In this document: positions 1 through 7,655 of the stretch, in pieces
How positions within the stretch are numbered: the first letter of the stretch is position 1
How the letters are laid out: each line of letters opens with the position of its first letter
Virus record (IMG/VR): IMGVR_UViG_3300036760_000042
Coordinates: 1 to 59,943 of that record
From: a virus
Lineage: Duplodnaviria > Caudoviricetes
Strand: one strand, 5' to 3'
Length of the DNA: 59,943 nt
Translations under genes and position numbers: made by a program
Notes under the pieces: model-generated
What the model saw: only the letters and a program-made list of their open reading frames with translations
Databases searched by the model: none
What the model was told of the DNA's origin: nothing

Positions 1-171
1 CATCGCGACGGTGTCCTCGTGCGACTGCGTGCCTCCCTCGTAGTCCATGATCGCGTCGATTGCGTCTGTCGTAGCTGGTGCCATTGTCTTCCTCCTGAGG
101 TATGCGGTGGACATGCCACCGTGGATGGTTTCGTTGTGGAACATCGCGGCGTACTTCGCCAGCGCCAGTCC
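1..171. repeat. Terminal direct repeat, left copy (circular assembly overlap or terminal redundancy)
   Basis: 1-171 is identical to 59773-59943 except C45 versus T59817. Confidence 0.97.
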
Positions 172-276
172 CTTGGCTGGCTCGCTGCTCGCGCAGTGCG
201 AGCAGACAACTCGGTAGTCTGCGTACGTTACGCACTTGCGGCACGAGCCGTCTGCGCATGCGTGGCAGCGCTTCAT
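1..276 (-). CDS. Cys-rich hypothetical protein, 5' part; continues across the junction to the stop at 59659
   Basis: ATG at 276 overlaps the upstream stop (ATGA); MKRCHACADGSCRKC...CSHC...AAMFHNETIHGG reads in frame into ORF 59659..59916. Confidence 0.7.
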   Translation of the reverse strand, partial: MKRCHACADGSCRKCVTYADYRVVCSHCASSEPAKGLALAKYAAMFHNETIHGGMSTAYLRRKTMAPATTDAIDAIMDYEGGTQSHEDTVAM

Positions 277-578
277 GCGTTCCACGACGCCGTAAGCCCA
301 TCAGCCTGAATGCCCAGAAGAATGTCAGTGATGTAGCGAGGCTCGACGACGATGGCGTTGCCCCAGTGTTGCGCGTCCTCGGAGATGTTGTCGGCAGCCC
401 ATTCCTTGGCGGCTGGCGTTGCCGGGTCCAGCAGGATGATTGAGCCGTGGCTCTGCACCACGAAGTCTTTCTGACGCGGGCAGAATGTCTGGCCGCAGTA
501 CCGTGCGCCCACCTGCGTCCGCTCGAAGAACACCTTGCAGTGTTTGCAGATACCCCTCTTCGCTTTGAGTATTCTCAT
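273..578 (-). CDS. Hypothetical protein with N-terminal CxxC Zn-binding motifs
   Basis: GGAGG RBS and ATGA overlap at 578; CKHC...CGQTFC. Confidence 0.7.
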   Translation of the reverse strand: MRILKAKRGICKHCKVFFERTQVGARYCGQTFCPRQKDFVVQSHGSIILLDPATPAAKEWAADNISEDAQHWGNAIVVEPRYITDILLGIQADGLTASWNA

Positions 579-784
579 GACTGCACCTCCCTCACGCCCT
601 TGTACTCGATGCCGTAGTGCGGAGTGAACGTGTAGCACCTGCCGTTGCGCTCATCGAGCAGGTCGTATGTGTCGGGCCGGAAGTCGCCCGGGGTGGCGGT
701 CGCGGCCAACACCAGCAGACCCTTCATGAACCCCACGTTGACCCGCTGGCCAACCACCCATTCCTGCGCGCTCTTCGTGATCAT
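575..784 (-). CDS. Hypothetical phage protein (69 aa)
   Basis: ATGA overlaps on both sides; coding-like composition. Confidence 0.7.
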   Translation of the reverse strand: MITKSAQEWVVGQRVNVGFMKGLLVLAATATPGDFRPDTYDLLDERNGRCYTFTPHYGIEYKGVREVQS

Positions 785-1389
785 GACTTCACCGCCTTCG
801 CGACGACTTCGTTGCGCTCCAGTTCGCTGTAGTACACCGTGCAGGTGTCACTGTTCCAGCCGCGCTTCACGAGCGTGAGGGCCGGGGTGCCGAGGCCGTC
901 CTTGATGCTCCCGGCGACCGTGACCACGTCGGGCAGGCGCTTGAACTCGTCGAACGTGCCGCCGTTCTGGAGGATGCCGCTTGCCTTCAGCCCCTCGGGT
1001 GTCTGGTTCCAGATCAGGTTCAGAACGATGTTCTTGGACGCCTTCGCTTCTTGCTCCGTGCTTGCCATTGTCGTTCTCCTTGTTGGCTGTCTGGCCAGCA
1101 TCAGGCTGTATCCGATCTGGATGTCGTACTTGTCCAGAAGGGCTTGCTCGTTCTCCGCGAACCACTCCGCTGCCGGGGAACCCGGGGAGACCGCTTCCAT
1201 CGTCACCCAGCGACCGCTGTAGTCTTTGTAGATTGCGGTCTTCGGTGCGCCCTCGTTGTGCGCTTTCTGGACCTGCACGTTTCCGTAGTAGGGCAAGCCG
1301 CCCATGTAGCGGTTCCACGCCTCGACGAACGGGTAGTCCGGTTTGTCGTCCGCGATGTTCTTCGGGGCCGCGCTCTGCTTCTCGTTCAT
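781..1389 (-). CDS. Hypothetical protein; in-frame fusion of two cistrons (starts at 1389 and 1068)
   Basis: Both MNEKQ (1389) and MASTEQ (1068) are preceded by ACAAGGAGAACGAC; no stop between them. Confidence 0.7.
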   Translation of the reverse strand: MNEKQSAAPKNIADDKPDYPFVEAWNRYMGGLPYYGNVQVQKAHNEGAPKTAIYKDYSGRWVTMEAVSPGSPAAEWFAENEQALLDKYDIQIGYSLMLARQPTRRTTMASTEQEAKASKNIVLNLIWNQTPEGLKASGILQNGGTFDEFKRLPDVVTVAGSIKDGLGTPALTLVKRGWNSDTCTVYYSELERNEVVAKAVKS

Positions 1390-1425
1390 GGTCGTTCTCC
1401 TTGTTGGCTGTCTGGCCATCATCAG
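1066..1425 (-). repeat. 39-nt direct repeat (1066-1104 and 1387-1425): hammerhead 3' half plus RBS plus ATG
   Basis: CTGATG(C/A)TGGCCAGACAGCCAACAAGGAGAACGAC(A/C)ATG, 37/39 identical, 321 nt apart. Confidence 0.95.
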
Positions 1426-1466
1426 CACCCGCGTCACGGGTGGACCGCCCGAAGGCGGTTTCGGCC
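1414..1466 (-). ncRNA. Hammerhead ribozyme, type II
   Basis: Minus strand GGCC-GAAA-CCGCC uucg GGCGG-UC/CACCCG ugacg CGGGUG-CUGAUGA-U-GGCC; complete core and three stems; predicted cut 1443/1442. Confidence 0.9.
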
Positions 1467-2194
1467 TATCGTGCTTCCCCGAGTCCTGCATGCCGGGTGA
1501 TGTAGCGCCGCAGTACCTTCGCGGTGTCCTTGACCCAGCCATCCCGCATGGCGCACCAACTGTTGGGCTGGCCAGCCATCGTCGAGAAGACCGCGCTCTT
1601 GTGCGCCTCGCTGGTGGGAACTTCCATCATCGCGTTGCGTAGCAGCGACGGAACGAAGTAGCTCTCTGCGATGTGAGACATCAGGTGGTCGCCCCCGGGC
1701 ATCGGCTTGCCGGTGGCCACATCACGCATGAGGCAGAAGAAGCAATCGCCGTTGCTGACGGCCCCGACATTGCCTTCACTCCACGCCTTGGCAAACTGGT
1801 CGGCGAAGACCCTTACCCTCTTGCGCAGCAACTGCAGTTGGGCCTCGTTGTCCACGCACCCGCACACGGTGCCGTCGGGCTTGATGGTCAGGCCGTCAGT
1901 GAACAGCCGGGCTTCGGCGTTGTACCCGCAGCCACGGCTCCAGCGCATGAGACCCTTGGCCGAGAACGTGTGGATGACGCTCTGGTACTGGTTGATGCGC
2001 GAGCGCGTCGTGGGCGTGTTGTACTTGTCGGTGTTCAGGACGATGGTGCCGTCCGCGTAGTGAGTGACCACGTCGGTGTCGTGGTACTGCACTGCGATGC
2101 CGCCTTCGACCCTGCGGACCCTCGTTCCCCGCTGTCCGGTGAACCGTGACGTTTTCTTGCCGAGCCACGTGTCGAGCTTCGCGAATGTGTTCAT
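1466..2194 (-). CDS. Hypothetical phage protein (242 aa)
   Basis: Strong AAGGAG RBS; VQYHDTDVV and TPTTRSRIN motifs typical of small early phage proteins; its TAG stop overlaps the hammerhead 5' end. Confidence 0.8.
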   Translation of the reverse strand: MNTFAKLDTWLGKKTSRFTGQRGTRVRRVEGGIAVQYHDTDVVTHYADGTIVLNTDKYNTPTTRSRINQYQSVIHTFSAKGLMRWSRGCGYNAEARLFTDGLTIKPDGTVCGCVDNEAQLQLLRKRVRVFADQFAKAWSEGNVGAVSNGDCFFCLMRDVATGKPMPGGDHLMSHIAESYFVPSLLRNAMMEVPTSEAHKSAVFSTMAGQPNSWCAMRDGWVKDTAKVLRRYITRHAGLGEAR

Positions 2195-2228
2195 GGTCGT
2201 TCTCCTTGTCGTCCCGGTGACTGCCGGG

Positions 2229-2753
2229 TCAGCGGGGCGGCTCCACCCCGAGTTTTAATCTGCAAAAGCGGAGCACGTCCGCATCAGTGAACCTGTTCTT
2301 GGCGTAGTTCTCGATCAGCCACACGATCTGCACGTTGTCTTTGGTGCATCCCTTGGCACTGTCAATACGGTCTACTGAAGGTTTGAACGGCGCTGCCGGG
2401 GCGGTCTCGTAGTAGTGGGCCTTGGTAAACGCACCCATGGCCGCTTCAAGCCATGCCCTCGTGATGTTGATGCGCTCACCCTTCCGGGTTGCCCTTCTCA
2501 GGAGGTTCTTGTGGGAGTCTGCGGCAAGACGCTCAATCTCGGTCAGCGGCTTAGGTCTCTTCGGCCCGCCACGCGCCGCTGTGTGCCGAGCACGAAGCGC
2601 CCTGAAGTACCCGGACGCCGCTTGACGCCTAGACCATTCCCGAGAGCATTCCTTGCACCACGATGTCCATTGCTGCCCCGTCCGGTAGAACTGCTTCACC
2701 GGCTTGTCCGTTCTACAATGCGCACACTTCTTTGTCTTGTCCATGTGGCGCAT
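2229..2753 (-). CDS. HNH-like (His-Me finger) homing endonuclease; probable start 2744
   Basis: N-terminal CAHC...CKEC Zn domain; C-terminal PSVDRIDSAKGCTKDNVQIV...NYAKN motif. Confidence 0.75.
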   Translation of the reverse strand: MRHMDKTKKCAHCRTDKPVKQFYRTGQQWTSWCKECSREWSRRQAASGYFRALRARHTAARGGPKRPKPLTEIERLAADSHKNLLRRATRKGERINITRAWLEAAMGAFTKAHYYETAPAAPFKPSVDRIDSAKGCTKDNVQIVWLIENYAKNRFTDADVLRFCRLKLGVEPPR

Positions 2754-2763
2754 TATGCCACAT

Positions 2764-2842
2764 GAGGCCCGGGCTTAGGAACCGGGCACTCTGCCGCATT
2801 AGGGGCGATGCTCTGCCCCCCTTCTGCGATTTCGTTTACCTC
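2764..2842 (-). ncRNA. Twister ribozyme, circularly permuted (P5-type)
   Basis: Minus strand GAGG...CGCA-GA-AGG-GGGGC agagcauc GCCCC-U/AA-UGCG-GC agagug CCCGG-UUCCUAAGC-CCGGG-CCUC: P1, P2, P4, P5 and both pseudoknots (CCU/AGG, GC/GC); one extra U in L4; predicted cut 2801/2800. Confidence 0.82.
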
Positions 2843-3031
2843 CTCTATTCGTCGGCGCTGTGGTCCGCTGTCCACTTTCCGTCCCGGCTGGCTCTGATGT
2901 GCTCTGCAGGTTCTACTGCATCCGGGCTTCGTGGCCGACTTGCTTTTCCCTCGGGGCCGCGCTTGGCTCCGGGGTCATCCACTGCCGTTCCCACTCCCTC
3001 CGTGTCGTCCGTTGTCGTGCGTTACGAGGAC

Positions 3032-3060
3032 ACAATAATCCGCCTTGTAACTTGTGTCAA
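3032..3060 (-). promoter_or_regulatory. Sigma-70 promoter for the leftward early operon
   Basis: TTGACA-17 nt-TATTGT with an AT-rich UP-like tract at 3061-3081. Confidence 0.8.
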
Positions 3061-3115
3061 GAACTTTTGAAAATATATTTGTCATAGCCGGTTCCCCCTA
3101 TCAGGGGCAGGGCAC

Positions 3116-3145
3116 TTGACGCCCGGTAACGAGCGGCTGTAGAGT
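3116..3145 (+). promoter_or_regulatory. Putative sigma-70 promoter for the rightward replication operon
   Basis: TTGACG-18 nt-TAGAGT upstream of a structured leader. Confidence 0.55.
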
Positions 3146-3150
3146 GACCG

Positions 3151-3295
3151 ATGCCCGGGCGGCTTCCAGTCGCGTTGGGCATTATCGGGGCTGGGTGGAC
3201 GCCGGGCATGCAACCCGGGTGAGTCGTTCACCCAGCCCCTAAGACTCACGTGGGTGGGGCGGGCGATGCCCCATTCCCTTCATACTCACTGGAGG
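3151..3295 (+). promoter_or_regulatory. Structured 5' leader of the replication gene with a possible pseudoknot
   Basis: 15-bp stem 3187-3201/3225-3239, inner hairpin, bulge GTGAGT complementary to ACTCAC at 3244-3249 and 3284-3289. Confidence 0.5.
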
Positions 3296-3299
3296 TATT

Positions 3300-4262
3300 G
3301 TGAACACGGATATCAGGCTCAAGGTAGGATTCCTCGACCACCCCAAAATCCTCAAGCTCAAGAACCACCTCGGCGCGGACGCCGTGCTGGCGCTCCAACG
3401 GCTCTGGATGTTCACCGCCCAGTACCACCCGGAGGGCGCACTCACCGGGATGGACGTGCAGGACATCAGCCTTGCCGCTGGCTGGCCTCTCGAAGACGCG
3501 CTGGAGTTCTATGAGACGCTGGTCCAACTTCGGCTGCTCGACGTATGCGCCCCGCATGCGGAGGGCAGTGCGCCCCGCATCACGGTGCATGACTGGGTTG
3601 AACATCAGCCGTGGGGGGCCGAGGCGAAGGCACGGAGCGTCGCTGCGAGCGTGGCCGCGAAGGCTCGATGGGCGGCAAAAGTTAAGCCCATTAAGAAACA
3701 ACGAGTTGATGCGCCTCGCATAGAATCGCATATGCCGCCGCATGAAATCGCTTATGCCCCTCTCCTTTCCTTACCTCTCCTTACCAACCCTAAAGATCAA
3801 GATCCCCCCCTACCCCCCACGGGGGGTCGCGCAGAGCCTAACGAGAACCTAACGCGCAGAAAACGGTTAGATAACGCCGACCTTCGCCCACTAGATCCTG
3901 ATCCTGATCCTGATAAGAAGATCAAGACCCCCCCCTACCCCCCAAGGGGGGTCCGCCCGGAAACCGATGGTCTGACCGAGGCTCTGGAGATTGCAAGGCC
4001 AGCACCAAGGCACCCGGACGACGACGACTTCGAGAAGTTCATCACCGCCTATCCAGCACACCGAAGAAACCGCATGCGGGCAGAGCAGGCGTGGTTCTCG
4101 ATGAACGGCAAGAAGCCAGCCCTCGACGTGATTCTGAAATGCCTCGAAGACGACAAGGGCTGCGACGAGTGGGGCCGCAGTTCAGGCAGGCATATCCCGG
4201 GAGCGGATAAGTGGATAACTGACCGGCGCTGGGAGAGAGAGCCGGAAAAGGAGCCGTACTGA
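3300..4262 (+). CDS. Phage replication initiator protein
   Basis: GGAGG RBS; N-terminal DHPKILKL...LWMF...HDWVEHQ winged-helix-like region; repetitive linker; C-terminal FEKFITAYP...IPGADKWITDRRWE domain typical of phage initiators. Confidence 0.8.
   Translation: MNTDIRLKVGFLDHPKILKLKNHLGADAVLALQRLWMFTAQYHPEGALTGMDVQDISLAAGWPLEDALEFYETLVQLRLLDVCAPHAEGSAPRITVHDWVEHQPWGAEAKARSVAASVAAKARWAAKVKPIKKQRVDAPRIESHMPPHEIAYAPLLSLPLLTNPKDQDPPLPPTGGRAEPNENLTRRKRLDNADLRPLDPDPDPDKKIKTPPYPPRGVRPETDGLTEALEIARPAPRHPDDDDFEKFITAYPAHRRNRMRAEQAWFSMNGKKPALDVILKCLEDDKGCDEWGRSSGRHIPGADKWITDRRWEREPEKEPY
3793..3953. repeat. Putative replication origin repeats inside the initiator gene
   Basis: AAGATCAAGA-C-rich-TACCCCCCA-GGGGGGTC twice (3793-3828, 3918-3953) plus (GATCCT)x3 at 3894-3914. 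Confidence 0.6.
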
Positions 4263-4852
4263 TGCAAAAGACCGAGTTCGTTTCACTCATCAAGCAGTTG
4301 CTGGCACCATGGACCAGCGACCCAACCAAAGAAACACTCCAAGGCTACGCCAACGCCCTCGACGTGGTAGACGACCCAACCCTCAGGCAGGCCATGGCAG
4401 AAGTCGGGCGCACAAGAAAGCGCGAAGCAGGACAGCCATCACCAGCCGACATCCTCCACGTCGCCTACCAACTCCGCAAACAGGCAGCAGGTCTGGACAA
4501 GTCAACACCTGACCCGCTACCACCGACCATGCTCGGCAAGCTCTCGCGAATCATCGCCGAGGTCGCCTTCGACGCAAAGCCTCGTGAGTTGACGCTGCTC
4601 GAACGAAGGGCATCAGAAGACTTCGGCAACCTACTGCACCAGAGCATGGGCCTCTTCGAGCACGGCATCAAGCGCTCGGTGAAGCTCCCAGTAATCACCC
4701 CTGCACACCTACGAGCACTGCTCGAAGTTGGAGGATTTGAGGGACTCAAAGACCTCGAATCACACGAGGTGATCGTCGCCCGTGATGCCTTCGTCAAAGC
4801 ATTCGTCACTGCACAGCCACGCCCACAGGAGGTGCATAATGCGCAAGCGTAG
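4262..4852 (+). CDS. Putative helicase loader / replication accessory protein
   Basis: Coupled to the initiator; PSPADIL and VGGFEGL...ARDAFVKAF motifs typical of genes following phage initiators. Confidence 0.6.
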   Translation: MQKTEFVSLIKQLLAPWTSDPTKETLQGYANALDVVDDPTLRQAMAEVGRTRKREAGQPSPADILHVAYQLRKQAAGLDKSTPDPLPPTMLGKLSRIIAEVAFDAKPRELTLLERRASEDFGNLLHQSMGLFEHGIKRSVKLPVITPAHLRALLEVGGFEGLKDLESHEVIVARDAFVKAFVTAQPRPQEVHNAQA

Positions 4853-5198
4853 AGCCACCGGCAGGTACTGTGGTTGGACCTGCCACCACCCACCCAACAA
4901 CAGAAAGTGCAAATGCTTCTGTGCGGGCCTGTTCCATGGGGACGAGGGGCTGAACAATCGCCTGCGATTCGCGGCAATGAAAGACTTCGTCCTGCGGGAG
5001 TCGGATGCCTCATCCCTCCCAGCGATTTCGGCTGCGGTTGCCAGTCGCGCCGAAAGCAATGCTCGGGCAGTGATTGAGAAACTAAATGCCCGTGTCCGGG
5101 CGAAGCGGGCGATAGCGGAAAGGCGCAAGGTGCGCGAAGCCCGGCGTCACACAAACAAGGCTCGCCGAGAGCAATCTCAAGAACAGGCAGGTGCTTGA
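4839..5198 (+). CDS. Small basic Cys/His Zn-binding protein
   Basis: CGWTC...CKCFCAGLFHG; GGAGG RBS. Confidence 0.6.
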   Translation: MRKRRATGRYCGWTCHHPPNNRKCKCFCAGLFHGDEGLNNRLRFAAMKDFVLRESDASSLPAISAAVASRAESNARAVIEKLNARVRAKRAIAERRKVREARRHTNKARREQSQEQAGA

Positions 5199-5722
5199 TG
5201 TCGACCGGCGACCAGAAGTGCACGCATGGCATCTTCCTTCAGAACTGCACCACCTGCGAACCACGAGACTGCCCACCGCCAATACTCCGCGTCCCTCCCG
5301 GCTGGCAGAACTCTCGATGCCCTCGCTGCGCGTCAGCAGTCACGATGATTCTAGGTGGCAACCCCTACGGGGTGCTGCGATGTAACGACTGCGGCAACAG
5401 GTACTGGGTGGCTGATGGACTCAAGGGGTCAGACACTGTGGTCAACCCAGCGTTCTGCCCAGAACCGCACATCACCGAAGAGCGCGTCAGGGAAATTATT
5501 CGAGAAGAACTGCACCGCGACGCGGAGCGGCCATTACACCCACACCTAGACCCATTACAAGCGGGGAGAATAATGCGCGAGACCATTGCTCGGGAGGCAC
5601 TGAACAAAGCGGGGTGCCCGCACTCTGTCCTTGATGACCCGTGTGAAAACTGCGATGAGGCTGCAGAGATTGCTGAGGCAGACAACCTCGAAAGAGAGGA
5701 CCCACCGGCGGAGCGCCCATGA
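5198..5722 (+). CDS. Multi-Zn-finger hypothetical protein
   Basis: CTH..CTTC, CPRC..CNDC and CPH..CENC motifs. Confidence 0.65.
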   Translation: MSTGDQKCTHGIFLQNCTTCEPRDCPPPILRVPPGWQNSRCPRCASAVTMILGGNPYGVLRCNDCGNRYWVADGLKGSDTVVNPAFCPEPHITEERVREIIREELHRDAERPLHPHLDPLQAGRIMRETIAREALNKAGCPHSVLDDPCENCDEAAEIAEADNLEREDPPAERP

Positions 5723-5744
5723 ATGGGGTTCGGGAGAAACCGTA

Positions 5745-6299
5745 ATGCACCAGACCATGTTCGATGCCGCCTTCGAGTTCCGGCTGATGTACGTAGAGCA
5801 GTGGTTCCCCAAGGGGCGGAAGCTACAACTGCTCGACATCGGGTCCCGCGACGTGGGGGATGGAGGGACATTCAGGTTCTTGTTTGACGACACTGAACGC
5901 TACGAGTATGTCGGTGTTGACATGGAGCCGGGAGACAATGTCGATGTAGTAGTGAGCGACCCATACCACTTTGATGAACTGGGTGAGCGCACGTTCGATA
6001 TAATTCTGTGCGGCTCGTGCATCGAGCACAGCGAGTTCTTCTGGCTGCTAGGCTCTGAAATCAAGCGGCGTCTACGCCCCGGTGGGGCCGTATTCATCTG
6101 TGCCCCGCACATCTGGCCAATTCACAGGCACCCGGTGGACTGCTATAGGTTCAACCCGGATGGAATGCTGGCCCTCGCGAAGTGGATAGGTCTTGAGGAA
6201 CCCTTCATCCGGTTCCGCAACAACACGCCTGCGGAGTCGTCATTAGTCTACTGTGACCTGACCCTGATTGGGCATGCCCCGGGAAAGCCCCATGACTGA
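5745..6299 (+). CDS. Class I SAM-dependent methyltransferase
   Basis: LLDIGS, YVGVD, FDIILCGSCIEH, LRPGG, HRHPVDCYRF. Confidence 0.9.
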   Translation: MHQTMFDAAFEFRLMYVEQWFPKGRKLQLLDIGSRDVGDGGTFRFLFDDTERYEYVGVDMEPGDNVDVVVSDPYHFDELGERTFDIILCGSCIEHSEFFWLLGSEIKRRLRPGGAVFICAPHIWPIHRHPVDCYRFNPDGMLALAKWIGLEEPFIRFRNNTPAESSLVYCDLTLIGHAPGKPHD

Positions 6300-6822
6300 A
6301 CCCTACGGCACCCGCTGCAATGCGAAGACCCGGAGCGGGTCTCAATGTAAGCGCTGGCCTGTAGACAATTCAGTTCGATGCAGACTTCACAATGGCGAGG
6401 CAATGGCCCTCGACGTGATGGACCCGAAGCGGCACATCACGAATCCCACCACCGGCCTATACCAGCACTTCATCACCGACCCAGTCGAGCTACAGCGTTA
6501 CGCGGCGATGAACCCGGAAGATGAACTCGCAAACGCAGAGCACATGCTGCGCGTCACCTATTGCGTGATGGACCGCATCTACAACAAGTTCATCGAGGAC
6601 CCCGACGGCGGCATCGTTACAACCAAGAGCGACAGCGAGAAGGGAAGCTCGACCACAACCCTGCCCTACGCGCTGATACTGGTAGCGGCGACTGAGAACG
6701 CACGCAAGGCTCTTGAGACGAGGCGCGACGTGATCAAGTACTGCGGCAATGAGAAAGTGCTCGCGGCGCTACAGGAACTCGTGGGCAAGAGTGACAAGGC
6801 GCTGCTGCGGGAGGCGAAATGA
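6292..6822 (+). CDS. Putative terminase small subunit (HGGxSTG-like Zn domain)
   Basis: RCNAKTRSGSQCK...RCRLHNG followed by a helical domain. Confidence 0.55.
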   Translation: MTEPYGTRCNAKTRSGSQCKRWPVDNSVRCRLHNGEAMALDVMDPKRHITNPTTGLYQHFITDPVELQRYAAMNPEDELANAEHMLRVTYCVMDRIYNKFIEDPDGGIVTTKSDSEKGSSTTTLPYALILVAATENARKALETRRDVIKYCGNEKVLAALQELVGKSDKALLREAK

Positions 6823-7655
6823 AGACTCTCCTGCTAGGTGCGAGTGGCCAGTTGGGCAGTGAAGTCGTCAAGCAGTGGTTCCCCGGGCACGGCACGCTGC
6901 TGGCACCCACCCGCAAGGAACTCGACCTGACCGACACGACAGCCGCTCGTGACTACATCCACACACACCACCCGGACTCCGTCATCAACTGCGCCGCATG
7001 GAGCGACGTAGACGGCTGCGAGCGCGACCCGGTCAAGGCGATGGACGTGAACTCCGAGGTCCCGAAGCTGCTTGCGCAGGCGTGCGCCGAGACTGACGCC
7101 ATGCTCGTGCACGTGTCGTCGGACTATTGCGCCTTCACAGAACTCAGCGTCTACGCCCAAAGCAAGCTCATGGGTGAGTTCCACGTCCGCAGCCTTCTGC
7201 CGAAGACTGGCGTTGTGGTGCGGGTCTCGTGTCTGCTATCGCCGCATCCGAACGGGTGGGTCGCTGGAGTGTTACGGATGGCCCGAGAGGGCCTCGTCCG
7301 GGTCGCTTCGCAGATCACCTACCCAACCACGGTTGCCACCGCAGCCAAGGCGCTGTTGTACTTCGCGACCGAAGCGACATCGCTCGAACTGGAGCGCACC
7401 CGCGGGTACGTCAACATCACAGACAAGCCTGCTGTCAGTCGGTACGCGCTGGCCAACCGCATTGCGGTGTTGGCCTACAGGGGCACCTGCCTGCCGTTCG
7501 ACATGCAAGAGGTGCCACCAGACATTCTCGGGGCATTCCGTCCAGTGGACTCACGCATGGCTGGGCCTGACGACCTGTTCGCCGAGGACTGGCGCGAGGC
7601 ACTGCCCGGGATTGTAAACGAGGCGCTCGTGAACGCGGGGGCCGTCCAGCAATGA
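6819..7655 (+). CDS. rmlD: dTDP-4-dehydrorhamnose reductase-like SDR
   Basis: GASGQLG, INCAAWSDVDGCE, HVSSDY, YAQSK. Confidence 0.85.
   Translation: MKTLLLGASGQLGSEVVKQWFPGHGTLLAPTRKELDLTDTTAARDYIHTHHPDSVINCAAWSDVDGCERDPVKAMDVNSEVPKLLAQACAETDAMLVHVSSDYCAFTELSVYAQSKLMGEFHVRSLLPKTGVVVRVSCLLSPHPNGWVAGVLRMAREGLVRVASQITYPTTVATAAKALLYFATEATSLELERTRGYVNITDKPAVSRYALANRIAVLAYRGTCLPFDMQEVPPDILGAFRPVDSRMAGPDDLFAEDWREALPGIVNEALVNAGAVQQ

Noticed and set aside
1092-1140. Possible active hammerhead at the duplicated leader
   Set aside because: The core reads CUGAUGC and there is no GAAA strand; treated as a remnant
1390-1542. N-terminal extension of ORF 781..1542 (similarly 59098..59295)
   Set aside because: It runs through the hammerhead and the upstream gene; the true starts follow the strong RBS at 1389 and 59097
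2197-3025. Group I intron carrying the HNH gene
   Set aside because: No interrupted host gene and no recognisable P7 core; the structure is explained by the twister and hairpins
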